Of a stretch of 32,000 bases of DNA, positions 8,893 to 18,471 are shown one piece after another. The position numbers and the translations under genes were made by a program. This DNA is from Erysipelotrichaceae bacterium (GTDB taxonomy: Bacteria > Bacillota_I > Bacilli_A > Erysipelotrichales > Erysipelotrichaceae), in contig JAFQZR010000015.1 of the NCBI GenBank assembly GCA_017405785.1, forward strand, positions 6,360-38,359. The letters are read 5' to 3'. Position 1 is the stretch's first letter. Each line of letters opens with the position of its first letter. Under the pieces are notes generated by a model that did not search any database, had not been told where the DNA came from, and saw nothing but the letters and a program-made list of their open reading frames with translations.

Positions 8893-8909
8893 CATATTAT
8901 AAGAAATCA

Positions 8910-8934
8910 AAATACCGGCATGCCGGTGTTTTCA
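8910..8934 (+). terminator. Terminator after the MATE gene
   Basis: The palindrome ACCGGCATGCCGGT (8914-8927) is followed by GTTTTCAG. Confidence 0.72.
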
Positions 8935-9042
8935 GTATTGTCTGGTATTAAGCAAAGGTTTTGAATCTGTAAGACCGAAAGAAAGGCAATTCCATGATAG
9001 AATTGCCTTCTCTGTATATTAAAACATGAAGCCTGTTGTTAA

Positions 9043-9071
9043 TTGTGGGAACATTGTTATTATGATATAAT
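9043..9071 (+). promoter_or_regulatory. Putative sigma-A promoter of the aaRS operon
   Basis: -35 TTGTGG (9043-9048), a 17-nt spacer, and an extended -10 TGaTATAAT (9063-9071). This leaves a leader of only about 20 nt before the RBS GGGAGG. Confidence 0.5.
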
Positions 9072-9098
9072 TGTGAGGTTATAAGGGAGGTATTTTTT

Positions 9099-11090
9099 AT
9101 GGCTCGACCTGAATTTCCTAAAAGAGCAGTAATAACCGGAGGCATGCCTTACGGTAATAAATCACTGCATTTCGGCCATGTTGGCGGCATGTATGTTCAT
9201 GCCGATACTTTTGCCAGGTTCTTAAGGGACCGCATCGGCAAGGAGAATGTCATCTTTGTTTCCGGAACAGACTGTTACGGTTCACCTATTGCGGAAGGTT
9301 ACCGCAAGAAGGTCGAAAACGAAGGCTTCCGGGGAACCATCGAAGACTATGTAAACGAAAACCATATCCATCAGGAAGAAGCCCTGAAGGCTTATGAAAT
9401 ATCTCTTGATCTCTTTGGCGCTTCCGGACTTGGTGATACCAAGGAAGAACACGCTAAGGAAACTGACGAATTCATTACCACCTTATATAAGAACGGCTGG
9501 CTGGAAAAGCTGGTCACCAAGCAGTTCTACGATGCCAAGGCCGGATGTTTCCTCAACGGACGTCAGGTCATCGGCAAGTGCCCTATCCAGGGCTGCCAGT
9601 CAGAAAAAGGATACGCTGACGAATGCGATCTGGGGCACCAGTACATGCCTGAGGATCTGATTGATCCAAAGAGCACCTTAACAGGTGAAACTCCGGAAAT
9701 GAGAGACGTTGTCAACTGGTATTTCAAGCTTACCGAATGCAACGATCTGCTGGAAGAATATGTTGACGACATCGCCAAAAAACCAAACGTCAGAAGAATT
9801 GTCTGGGAAACCATGAAGGAATCCTTAGGACAGCCAATCATATATGTACGTAAAGAAGGATTAGAAAGGTACCTTGAGATAAAGGACACCTTACCAGAAC
9901 ATACTCACAGTGACCTGGAAAACGTCAAGAGTTCCTTCACTCTGGAATTCGAAAAGCTTACTGACAGAGAGAAAGCCTGTGAGATACTGACTGCCAACGG
10001 CATCAGATACCGTACCGGCAAGACTCTGGTACCGTTAAGACTAACCGGTAACATTGAATGGGGCGTACCTGCTCCTTCACTGGAAGGGGAGAAAGGCCTG
10101 ACCGTCTGGGTATGGCCTGAATCATTATGGGCACCTATTTCCTTTACCAAGTCTTATCTTAAGAGACAGGGCAAGGATGAAGAAGAATACAAGAAGTGGT
10201 GGTGTGACCCTGAAGCTGAGGTCTATCAGTTCATCGGTCAGGATAACATTTACTTCTATGGCGTTGCACAGATGCCGATGTTCATGGCTCAGCAGGGTGA
10301 AGGACCGCTGTCCATCCATCCTGAAAAGGGTCAGCTGTGTCTGCCTACCCTGGTAGCCAACCATCACATCCTGTTCCTTGACAAGAAAGCCAGCAGTTCC
10401 GGAGCTGTTAAGCCTCCTATGGCTGATGAATTACTGGATTACTACACTGCCGAGCAGTTAAGACCGCATTTCCTGGGCTTAGCTCTGGGCAACAAGTCAG
10501 TAAGCTTCATGCCTAAGCCGCTGAATCCTAATGCCAATCCAAATGAAGCGGATCCGGTATTGGCACAGGGCAATCTGTTTACCAACGTTCTGAACAGACT
10601 GGTCAGATCATGCTTCTATTCAGCTCAGAAGTACTTTGATGGCTACATTCCTTACGGTGAAGTAAGCGAGGAAGTCAGAAAAGAAGCTGAGGAAACCATT
10701 CTGAAGTACGAAGAGATCATGTACAGATTTGAATTCCACAATGTCATCAACGTTCTGGATACCTATATCAGACAGGCCAATAAGTACTGGGCCAGAAACA
10801 TCGCCATCGCTGACAAGAACGACGATAACGAGTTAAGAAAACAGGTCCTTGTTGACTGCTTCCACATGGTCAAGACTGCCTGCCTGCTGTCTCATCCGGT
10901 AGTACCGATGGGAACGGAAAAGGTAGCCGAATATCTTAACGTTGATCAGGATAAGTTCTTCAGCTGGGATCACGCTTTTGAAACCACTTACGATATCGTA
11001 GACGGTCCTGAAAGCCATAAGCTGAAGGAAATCGAAGCCAAGCAGGACTTCTTTGAGAAGCATCCAAGCCAGTTTGCGGAGGGCAGATAA
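9099..11090 (+). CDS. metG: Methionine--tRNA ligase family class-I aminoacyl-tRNA synthetase (non-canonical KMSKS loop)
   Basis: MPYGNKSLHFGH (HIGH motif, 9168-9179), SGTDCYGSPI, the knuckle CPIQGCQSEKGYADECDLGH, and DLIDPKS..TG..P align with remembered MetRS sequences. The loop at the KMSKS position reads KASSS (10386-10400). Confidence 0.78.
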   Translation: MARPEFPKRAVITGGMPYGNKSLHFGHVGGMYVHADTFARFLRDRIGKENVIFVSGTDCYGSPIAEGYRKKVENEGFRGTIEDYVNENHIHQEEALKAYEISLDLFGASGLGDTKEEHAKETDEFITTLYKNGWLEKLVTKQFYDAKAGCFLNGRQVIGKCPIQGCQSEKGYADECDLGHQYMPEDLIDPKSTLTGETPEMRDVVNWYFKLTECNDLLEEYVDDIAKKPNVRRIVWETMKESLGQPIIYVRKEGLERYLEIKDTLPEHTHSDLENVKSSFTLEFEKLTDREKACEILTANGIRYRTGKTLVPLRLTGNIEWGVPAPSLEGEKGLTVWVWPESLWAPISFTKSYLKRQGKDEEEYKKWWCDPEAEVYQFIGQDNIYFYGVAQMPMFMAQQGEGPLSIHPEKGQLCLPTLVANHHILFLDKKASSSGAVKPPMADELLDYYTAEQLRPHFLGLALGNKSVSFMPKPLNPNANPNEADPVLAQGNLFTNVLNRLVRSCFYSAQKYFDGYIPYGEVSEEVRKEAEETILKYEEIMYRFEFHNVINVLDTYIRQANKYWARNIAIADKNDDNELRKQVLVDCFHMVKTACLLSHPVVPMGTEKVAEYLNVDQDKFFSWDHAFETTYDIVDGPESHKLKEIEAKQDFFEKHPSQFAEGR

Positions 11091-11092
11091 TT

Positions 11093-12724
11093 ATGGACTA
11101 TAACAAGTTAGCGGAGCTGTTATTCCCGCATATTGATAAGACACAGGAATACTATGAAGAATTGTTCCCGGTAAGAGACCTGCCGAAAGGCGCCGAAGTA
11201 CTGAGAATGGCTCCTTCACCAACCGGATTCATTCACCTGGGCAACCTTTACGGGGCTCTGGCTGATGAAAGAGTAGCTCATCAGAGCAACGGCGTCTTCT
11301 ATCTGCGCATTGAAGACACTGACTTAAAGAGAAAAGTCGAGGGAGCTGTTGAAACAATTCTGTCAACCTTCAAGTATTTCAACATCAATTATGATGAAGG
11401 TGCTGAACTGGGCGGTAATTACGGTCCTTACTATCAGCGTCAGAGAGCTGAGATCTATCAGGCTTTTGCCAAGAAGCTGGTAAGTGAAGGCAAGGCTTAT
11501 CCGTGTTTCTGTACGGAAGAAGAACTCAATGAGATCAGAGACAAACAGACCCGGTTAAACGAAGGTACAGGCTATTACGGAAAATGGGCCGTCTGGAGAG
11601 ATGCACCGCTGGAAAAAATTGAGGAACGGTTGAAGGAAGGCAAGCCTTTTGTCATCAGAATGAAGTCAATGGGCAATCCGGAAGTCAAGCATACCTTCCA
11701 TGATGAGATCAAGGGTGACATTGTTGTCGTTGAAAACAACATGGATGCCGTATTACTGAAGACAGACGGCATTCCTACCTATCACTTCGCTCATGCCATT
11801 GACGACCACTTCATGAGAACGACCATTGTCTTAAGAGGTGAAGAGTGGCTGGGTACCCTGAACATTCACCTGGAACTGTTTGACATGCTGGGATTTGAGC
11901 TTCCTAAGTATGCACATACAACCGTATTGATGAAGATCGATGAGAACGGCACCAAGCGTAAGCTGTCAAAGCGCAAGGACCCTGAGTTATCACTTGATTA
12001 CTACAGAGCTCTGGGCTATCATCCGTATGCCGTTAAGATCTATTTAATGACCATACTGAACTGGAACTTTGAACAGTGGTTCCTGAAGAACCCTGACAAG
12101 TCAATTGACGAGTTCAAGTTCTCTCTGGATAAGATGGGACAGTCAGGTACCTTGTTTGACCTGGATAAACTGAATAACATCTGTAAGACCTATCTGGCAG
12201 GCTTCACTCTGGAGCAGATGAAGGACTACCTGAAGGAATTCGTAAAGACATACCATGCCGATCTGTATGATGTATACTTCGGTGATGAAGAGACAATGGA
12301 TAAGATCCTGACTCTGGGCATGGGTTTGAACCTGAAAAAGAGAAGAAAAGACTATATCAACGCTTCTCAGATCCTGGAAAGCATCAGTTTCTACTTTGAT
12401 GAAACCTTCAAGAGAGAAGATGAATTCAAGTACGATAAGGAACAGGTCGATGAGATCCTGAAGCTGTTTATCGAAAGCTATGACTACAGCGATGATAACG
12501 GCATGTGGTTTGAAAAGGTCAAGACCATTGCGGAAAAGTGCGGTTTCGCCACTGACATGAAAGCATATAAGGAAAACCCTGAGAACTGGAAAGGCAGCGT
12601 TGCCGATGTGGCCGAAACAATCAGAGTAGCCGTTGTCGGCAGAAGAAATTCGCCGGATCTCTGGAGCATCATGCAGATAATGGGCGCAGAAAGATCAATT
12701 AACAGAATCAAGGAAGTGCTGTAA
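11093..12724 (+). CDS. gltX: Glutamate--tRNA ligase (long clostridial-type form)
   Basis: Contains APSPTGFIHLGN (HIGH-type), YLRIEDTD..R, PTYHFAH.IDDH and KLSKRK (KMSKS). The ATG is 2 nt after the upstream stop, with GGAGGG as RBS. Confidence 0.87.
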   Translation: MDYNKLAELLFPHIDKTQEYYEELFPVRDLPKGAEVLRMAPSPTGFIHLGNLYGALADERVAHQSNGVFYLRIEDTDLKRKVEGAVETILSTFKYFNINYDEGAELGGNYGPYYQRQRAEIYQAFAKKLVSEGKAYPCFCTEEELNEIRDKQTRLNEGTGYYGKWAVWRDAPLEKIEERLKEGKPFVIRMKSMGNPEVKHTFHDEIKGDIVVVENNMDAVLLKTDGIPTYHFAHAIDDHFMRTTIVLRGEEWLGTLNIHLELFDMLGFELPKYAHTTVLMKIDENGTKRKLSKRKDPELSLDYYRALGYHPYAVKIYLMTILNWNFEQWFLKNPDKSIDEFKFSLDKMGQSGTLFDLDKLNNICKTYLAGFTLEQMKDYLKEFVKTYHADLYDVYFGDEETMDKILTLGMGLNLKKRRKDYINASQILESISFYFDETFKREDEFKYDKEQVDEILKLFIESYDYSDDNGMWFEKVKTIAEKCGFATDMKAYKENPENWKGSVADVAETIRVAVVGRRNSPDLWSIMQIMGAERSINRIKEVL

Positions 12725-13746
12725 TGAGATATCCTGAGTTATTGAAAAAGAACGCCACCATCGGACTGGTAGCACCGTCCTTCGGTGTCAGCGGTCATCC
12801 TTATGAGGAGAGATACGAATATACCCTGAAGCTGTTTAAGGATATGGGTTATAACGTTGTTGAGGCTAAGCATTTACGCGGTATCAGACACGCCAAGAGC
12901 ACATCGGGTAAAATCAGAGCCAGAGAATTCATGCAGATGTATCTGAATGATGACATTGACTTCATTTTCTCGGTTGCCGGCGGTGAACTGATGCTGGAAA
13001 TACTGCCTTACATCAACTTCAAGAAGTTAAAAAAGGCCAAACCAAAGTATTTCATGGGTTTATCAGACAATACCTGCCTGACATTCACCCTGAATACCAT
13101 CTGTGATGTGGCCTCCATATACGGACCTTGTTTCGGCGGATTCGGCATGGATCCATGGCATGTATCATTACAGGATGCCATGGACATCATTACCGGTAAG
13201 AAGAACACATTGTATTCTTATCCGCAATACCGGGTATACGACGAAGAGGTACGGCGGAACGCTCAGCCTCTGGACGGCTATAATCTGGGTGCTGATGTTG
13301 TCTATAAGACTCTTGACGGTGAAGACAAGAAGTTCAGCGGCAGACTGGTCGGCGGATGTCTTGACTTACTGACCAATATCTGCGGTACACAGTTTGACCA
13401 TGTTAAGGAATTCATTGAGAAATACAAGGACGACGGAATCATCTGGTATCTGGAGTCCTGTGATCTGACTGTTTTAGATCAATACAGGGGATTATGGCAG
13501 CTGAAGAATGCCGGTTGGTTTGAACACTGCAAGGGCATCATGTACGGCCGCCCGGAAAGACCGGAACCGATCTTTGACGTTACGGTTAAGGAATTACTGA
13601 AAAACAACTTCAAGGATACAGGCATTCCTGTTATCTATGACATGGACTTCGGTCATGTTGCACCTATCTGGACGATCATGTCCGGCTCCATCGCTACTGT
13701 CGAATGCCATGACGGCAAGGGCAGCATAACATTCCAACAGAAATAA
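12724..13746 (+). CDS. S66 family peptidase (LD-carboxypeptidase LdcA / MccF-like)
   Basis: All three catalytic positions are recognisable: GLSDNT (Ser nucleophile motif), YLES (Glu) and DFGHVAP (His). The start overlaps the gltX stop (TAATG). Confidence 0.85.
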   Translation: MRYPELLKKNATIGLVAPSFGVSGHPYEERYEYTLKLFKDMGYNVVEAKHLRGIRHAKSTSGKIRAREFMQMYLNDDIDFIFSVAGGELMLEILPYINFKKLKKAKPKYFMGLSDNTCLTFTLNTICDVASIYGPCFGGFGMDPWHVSLQDAMDIITGKKNTLYSYPQYRVYDEEVRRNAQPLDGYNLGADVVYKTLDGEDKKFSGRLVGGCLDLLTNICGTQFDHVKEFIEKYKDDGIIWYLESCDLTVLDQYRGLWQLKNAGWFEHCKGIMYGRPERPEPIFDVTVKELLKNNFKDTGIPVIYDMDFGHVAPIWTIMSGSIATVECHDGKGSITFQQK

Positions 13747-13747
13747 G

Positions 13748-14392
13748 ATGATAAAGGCTGTTTTATTCGATTTGGACGGAGTTCTGATAGAAACCGAGTT
13801 AAGGCACATCATGATAAAGGCCGACCTGTGTCGTGAATATGGCCTTAACTGGACAGATGAGACTTTCTATATGGCCGCCGGACGTAAGTTTACGGAAGCT
13901 TTACCTGATCTGTTCCCGTATAAGACACCTGAAGAGCTCAAGGCCATAAATGATCACTATTATCAGGTTGCCTATACCGACAGACTGGACTATCATGCTT
14001 TGAAAACCGAAGGAGCAGGAACAGTACTGCGGGCTCTGCATAATCAGGGATATAAGCTGGCAATAGTTTCCATGAGCAACTCCGAGAAACTGTCTCAGGT
14101 TATCGGTGACAATCACTGGGAAAACCTGATTGATGTGATCATAACCAGCAGCATGGTAACCAGAACCAAGCCTGATCCGGAAAGTTATCTGAAAACCATG
14201 GAGATTCTGGGATTAACGCCTGAAGAATGCATAGTTGTAGAGGACTCACGTGTCGGTATTGAATCGGCACACCGAGCCGGATGCAAGGTAATCTGCCGCA
14301 AAGAGCACAGATATCCGTGTAATCAGGAAGGTGCAGATTATTATGTTGATGATCTGCTGGATGTGGTAAAACTTATTAACGAATTAAGCTGA
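13748..14392 (+). CDS. HAD-IA family hydrolase (beta-phosphoglucomutase/phosphatase-like)
   Basis: HAD motifs I to IV are present: FDLDGVL, IVSMSN, TKPDPE and VEDSRVGIESAHRAG. The start lies 1 nt after the upstream stop. Confidence 0.85.
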   Translation: MIKAVLFDLDGVLIETELRHIMIKADLCREYGLNWTDETFYMAAGRKFTEALPDLFPYKTPEELKAINDHYYQVAYTDRLDYHALKTEGAGTVLRALHNQGYKLAIVSMSNSEKLSQVIGDNHWENLIDVIITSSMVTRTKPDPESYLKTMEILGLTPEECIVVEDSRVGIESAHRAGCKVICRKEHRYPCNQEGADYYVDDLLDVVKLINELS

Positions 14393-14393
14393 A

Positions 14394-14416
14394 AAGCCGG
14401 AATACCGGCTTTTTTC
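14394..14416 (+). terminator. Terminator of the aaRS/S66/HAD operon
   Basis: AAGCCGGaataCCGGCTT is followed by TTTTT. Confidence 0.8.
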
Positions 14417-14639
14417 TCGTATAAGGGTGCAGATTGGGTAGCGCTATTGAAAGGAAGAGGTAAAATTTGCTATTATTATAAAAAGATATATCTTATGGGG
14501 ATCAATTTAATGCATTGTATCGATTGGGTTAACTGATAATAAAACAATTATTGGTGGCCCTTTTTGCCATAAAAAGCGTTAAACACGGAGCGATGATCCG
14601 TGATTAATAAAGGAAGATAAGAAGGGAGAGAATGGAAAC

Positions 14640-15902
14640 ATGAAAAAACTTATCACCTTAATGCTGGCCTGCATGATGTTATTATCATTTACAGGCTGTA
14701 CAAAGCCACGGGAACCAGAGCCAACTGGACCTGTAACAGTAACCATGTGGCACACCTTAACTGACCAGCACCTGGATGCTCTGAACAAGATCATCGATGC
14801 CTTCAACAGTTCACAGGATGAAGTAATCGTAGTTGCTGAACAGAAGCCTTATGCTGACTATGACAGCAACCTGGCAATGGCTCTTGCCAACGGAAACGGC
14901 CCGGACTTCGTTTCGAGATATGCAACAACAGCTGTTGAATATCTGGCTGATGACCTGATCGTTGACATGACTCCATACATCGTTGAAGAATTCGGTTCAA
15001 TGGACGCCTGGAAGAACGCCATGATCGGTGAAACCTACAATGAAGCAACACAGCTGGGTGGCGCTTATCTGTTCCCAATTTCATCAAGCTCACAGGTATA
15101 TTTCTATAACAAGACCTTATTTGATGAATTAGGACTGTCTGCACCAAAGACATGGGATGAACTGCTGGAAAATGCCAAGGTCTGCTATGAGCATACCGGT
15201 AAGGCTGGATTCTCAATGGACGATGAACTGGATGACTTCCAGGATATCATGACTCAGAAGGGCTTCACTTACATTGATATGGACAAGAAGGAAATCGCAT
15301 GGCCAAAGGATGAAACAACCAAATTATTACAGTGGTATGTTGACAACTGCAAGGCCGGTTACTTCCAGCTGAAGGAAGCTAACACTTACTGCTCAGTACC
15401 ATTCGCTAACGGTGACTTACCTGCATATATCGGTTCAAGTGCCGGTGCTTCATACGCCTTAATGAACGGCGGCAAGTTCGAAGCAGGTATTGCTCCAATT
15501 CCTCAGGAAGGCACTCATAAGTACATTCCTAACTGGGGTGGCGGATATGTAATCTTCAAGACAACAGAAGCCAAGCAGAAGGCTGCCTTCAAGTTCCTGG
15601 CATACTGGGCAACTGCCGAAGTATGTGCTGAATGGTCAAGCTTATTCAACACAATCCCAAGCTACAAGGTCGCTTATGATACAGACGTATACAAACAGTA
15701 TGCTGCTAACGACCTGGCTGCCAAGGCAATGACTGAACAGGCTGACTGCATGGGCTGGTTAAGAAGCTGCAAGGGTTCACAGACTGTACGTGAAGAAATC
15801 CAGAAGATGATCCGTACTGCTGTATTAGACGGTGACAATGTCTCTGTTGAACAGGCAGTAGAGAACTTCTACAAAGCATGCAACGCTGCATTACAGCAAT
15901 AG
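14640..15902 (+). CDS. ABC transporter substrate-binding lipoprotein, family-1 (CUT1/UgpB/MalE-like)
   Basis: It has a signal peptide ending in the lipobox SFTGC. The overall composition is typical of family-1 extracellular solute-binding proteins. RBS AAGGGAGAG. Confidence 0.88.
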   Translation: MKKLITLMLACMMLLSFTGCTKPREPEPTGPVTVTMWHTLTDQHLDALNKIIDAFNSSQDEVIVVAEQKPYADYDSNLAMALANGNGPDFVSRYATTAVEYLADDLIVDMTPYIVEEFGSMDAWKNAMIGETYNEATQLGGAYLFPISSSSQVYFYNKTLFDELGLSAPKTWDELLENAKVCYEHTGKAGFSMDDELDDFQDIMTQKGFTYIDMDKKEIAWPKDETTKLLQWYVDNCKAGYFQLKEANTYCSVPFANGDLPAYIGSSAGASYALMNGGKFEAGIAPIPQEGTHKYIPNWGGGYVIFKTTEAKQKAAFKFLAYWATAEVCAEWSSLFNTIPSYKVAYDTDVYKQYAANDLAAKAMTEQADCMGWLRSCKGSQTVREEIQKMIRTAVLDGDNVSVEQAVENFYKACNAALQQ

Positions 15903-15926
15903 TTTTCATAATCTGATAAAAAAGGA

Positions 15927-15960
15927 ATAGCCATGCGCTTAGTAATAAGCGCGTGGCTAT
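15927..15960 (+). promoter_or_regulatory. Intercistronic stem-loop after the SBP gene (mRNA stabiliser or partial terminator)
   Basis: A 15-bp stem ATAGCCATGCGCTTA pairs with TAAGCGCGTGGCTAT (one G-T pair) around the loop GTAA. No strong U-tract follows. This placement is common after SBP genes in ABC operons. Confidence 0.6.
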
Positions 15961-15969
15961 CATCTTAGT

Positions 15970-17364
15970 ATGGAAGAGCATAAAACAGAAATAATCAGCT
16001 ATGCCGGGATGAGAGAGTCCATGGGAGCTGTTTTTTCCATAGTCTGTGGAAAGGACAGAGTGATTATGGATTTCGGCTCTGCTTTTGATCCGGAACAGAC
16101 AGGTTACATAAAGAAAGACGGTAACTGGATCCTTGATAAGCTGAATAAAGGCATATTACCCCCGATTGAAGGGCTTTATCCCGGTAAATATCTGCGGAAA
16201 AGCAGTTTAAGGGGCTATCGGGACTGTGATTATAACAGTGCTGTTTTCGTCAGCCATCTGCATCTGGATCACATGAGCAATATTGGTGCGGTTGATGCAA
16301 ATGTCCCTATATATATGAGTGAAAATGCCCGTAAGCTGGAATATGCTCTGGAAGATATGGGAAAAGGTGTAGATACCATAGGAAGAAGTTATTCTGTATT
16401 TGAGAACATGACACCTGTTCAGGTAGGGAAGATCAAGGTTATCCCGATAATGAACAGTCCTTATTCCTATAATATGTACGGCTTTTTGATTGAAACACCA
16501 GATCTGAAGGTTGGATATACAGCAGATCTCTCATTGAGTTATGAATGCCCGGAAATGGTGCATAGGGAGATGGAGATATTCAGAGATAAAAAGGTCAATA
16601 TTCTGTATTGCGATAACTGTAACTTTAACGATCGGTCTCTGATCAGATTCTTCGGATCAGCAGACCCTGAAAAAATAGTACCTTCGGACGAAATTCCTGA
16701 AGGGATGGTGTCATTTGATGAGCATTACAGATACATCGAATCACTGTTTAAGGGAAACAAAGGGCTGGTAGTGTTCAATCACTACGAAAGAGAAATGCTG
16801 GATGTCCAAAAAATAATGCAGTGGACAGCTGAAGAAGGCAGAACAAGGGTATTTGAACCGGAGGCAGCTTATCTGGTTTATAAGTTCTTTAATTCAAATG
16901 TCAGCGTATACCTGAACGGTTACCATAGCGATGAACCGTGGTTTACTGAACTGATGAAGAGCCGGACAGAGGTATCACGTGAAGATATTATGAAGGCACC
17001 TTACAGATATTATCTGCATAACTCCTTTAAGAATATTAACGAACTGTTCAATCTGAGAAGTGAAGACGGGTTATATATTCACGCTGACGGAGATCCTTTC
17101 AGCAGTAAGGAGATCGCATTAATGAAAAAGACCGTTAGAGAAGCCGGATTCAGGTTTGCCAGCTATGATACGGATGATTATTACCAGCACGGATATCCTA
17201 ATATGGTCAAATACTTCGTGGATGTAATAGATCCGGATGTGGTGATCGGATATCACGGCAGAAATCCGGAAAGGTTAATGGCTAAAAACGGATACAATCT
17301 GGTACCGGAAAAAGGTGTTCCGTATGTATTTGAAAATGGAAAGATGATTAAGAAAGACAGATAA
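15970..17364 (+). CDS. MBL-fold metallo-hydrolase, RNase-J-like/beta-CASP-like layout, no signal peptide
   Basis: Has an HLHLDH (HxHxDH) motif. The N-terminal pattern G.RES.G....I.....VIMDFGSAF, then ...VPIY, resembles the start of RNase J from memory. No clear SD precedes ATG 15970, so the start is uncertain. Confidence 0.75.
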   Translation: MEEHKTEIISYAGMRESMGAVFSIVCGKDRVIMDFGSAFDPEQTGYIKKDGNWILDKLNKGILPPIEGLYPGKYLRKSSLRGYRDCDYNSAVFVSHLHLDHMSNIGAVDANVPIYMSENARKLEYALEDMGKGVDTIGRSYSVFENMTPVQVGKIKVIPIMNSPYSYNMYGFLIETPDLKVGYTADLSLSYECPEMVHREMEIFRDKKVNILYCDNCNFNDRSLIRFFGSADPEKIVPSDEIPEGMVSFDEHYRYIESLFKGNKGLVVFNHYEREMLDVQKIMQWTAEEGRTRVFEPEAAYLVYKFFNSNVSVYLNGYHSDEPWFTELMKSRTEVSREDIMKAPYRYYLHNSFKNINELFNLRSEDGLYIHADGDPFSSKEIALMKKTVREAGFRFASYDTDDYYQHGYPNMVKYFVDVIDPDVVIGYHGRNPERLMAKNGYNLVPEKGVPYVFENGKMIKKDR

Positions 17365-17402
17365 CAGGTTTTACCTGAAAACATACAAGGGAGGAATTGA
17401 AT

Positions 17403-18470
17403 ATGAAAGTAACGATCAAGGATCTGACCAAGAGATTCGCCAGCAGAGACAAGACAGGAGAAACGGTCACAGCGGTAGATACGCTGAGCGCCGAATTTGA
17501 AAGCGGCAAGCTGATAGCCCTTTTGGGGCCTTCAGGCTGCGGTAAGTCCACGATGCTTAATATGCTGAGCGGTATTCTGCCGGTCACCAGCGGAAAGATC
17601 TATTTTGATGACAAGGATGTTACTGAGCTGTCACCGGATAAAAGAGAAGTGGGTCTGGTTTTCCAGAACTATGCTTTGTATCCTCATATGACAGTACTGG
17701 AAAACATATGTTTCCCTCTGAAGATAAAGAAGGTCAGGAAAGAAGAAAGAATAGCCAAGGCTGTGGAAATCGCCAAGATGGTCCATATTGAAGATTACCT
17801 GAAGAGACTTCCTAAGGAACTGTCAGGCGGTCAGCAGCAGCGTGTTGCCATAGCCCGTGCTCTGGTCAAGCAGCCTAAACTGCTTCTGTTAGATGAACCT
17901 CTGAGCAACCTTGACGCCAAGTTAAGAATCGAGATGCGTGAGGAAATCAGAAGAATTCAGCGTGAAAGCGGCGTTACGACCGTGTTTGTTACCCATGACC
18001 AGGAAGAAGCAACTTCAATCAGCGACTACATTCTGCTGATGAAGCTGGGTGTCATGCAGCAGTTCAGCGCCACCAGAGACATCTATAACAACCCTGCCAA
18101 TCTGTTTGTGGCTGATTTCATCGGTAATCCGACCATTAACCAGATCCATGGTGTTTATGTTAACGGCGGTATCAAGCCTGACGGCAGTGATGAGATCATC
18201 CCTTGCAGTATCAAGGCTAATGAGAACGACCGCGTAGTATTGGCGGTCAGACCGGAATCAGTCCTGTTTGAAGGCGGACAGACTACAGGCACAGTTAATG
18301 ACATGTATTCCAGCGGTAAGGACTGGCTGGTAAACTTCAATATCGGCGATACAGAATTACGTGGATATTGCGATGCTGACTATAATGTTCAGGAAGGTTC
18401 AGTTATCAAGGTAGGTTTCAGAGATAAGGGACAGTTCCTGTTTAATGAGGAAACCGGAGAGAGGTACTAA
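17403..18470 (+). CDS. ABC transporter ATP-binding protein (MalK/UgpC/MsmX family)
   Basis: Carries Walker A GPSGCGKST, signature LSGGQQQR and Walker B LLLLDEP, plus a C-terminal regulatory/TOBE-like domain. RBS GGGAGG lies 9 nt upstream of ATG 17403. Confidence 0.92.
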   Translation: MKVTIKDLTKRFASRDKTGETVTAVDTLSAEFESGKLIALLGPSGCGKSTMLNMLSGILPVTSGKIYFDDKDVTELSPDKREVGLVFQNYALYPHMTVLENICFPLKIKKVRKEERIAKAVEIAKMVHIEDYLKRLPKELSGGQQQRVAIARALVKQPKLLLLDEPLSNLDAKLRIEMREEIRRIQRESGVTTVFVTHDQEEATSISDYILLMKLGVMQQFSATRDIYNNPANLFVADFIGNPTINQIHGVYVNGGIKPDGSDEIIPCSIKANENDRVVLAVRPESVLFEGGQTTGTVNDMYSSGKDWLVNFNIGDTELRGYCDADYNVQEGSVIKVGFRDKGQFLFNEETGERY

Positions 18471-18471
18471 G

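Noticed and set aside
8983-9009. Extra hairpin AAGGCAATT...AATTGCCTT between the MATE terminator and the aaRS promoter
   Set aside because: It is a clean 9-bp stem, but neither side has a convincing U-tract and no - strand gene would use it. It may be a secondary or back-up terminator or a remnant, which is not enough to call a feature.
8935-9098. Possible T-box leader upstream of the aaRS operon
   Set aside because: The promoter-like element leaves a leader of only about 20 nt. I saw no specifier-loop, AGAGA or T-box (GGUGNUACC-like) sequence, and no terminator/antiterminator pair.
8948-9145. 65-aa - strand ORF spanning the MetRS promoter and start region
   Set aside because: It overlaps the RBS and start of a strongly supported gene and the putative promoter. 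It has no SD and a low-complexity sequence.
14417-14639. Possible riboswitch or cre site in the long leader of the ABC operon, including the hairpin CACGGAgcgatgaTCCGTG at about 14584-14602
   Set aside because: I could not match it to any riboswitch consensus I know. The best cre-like string (AAAAGCGTTAAACA) deviates at several conserved positions. It is left as unexplained leader and mentioned under the operon finding.
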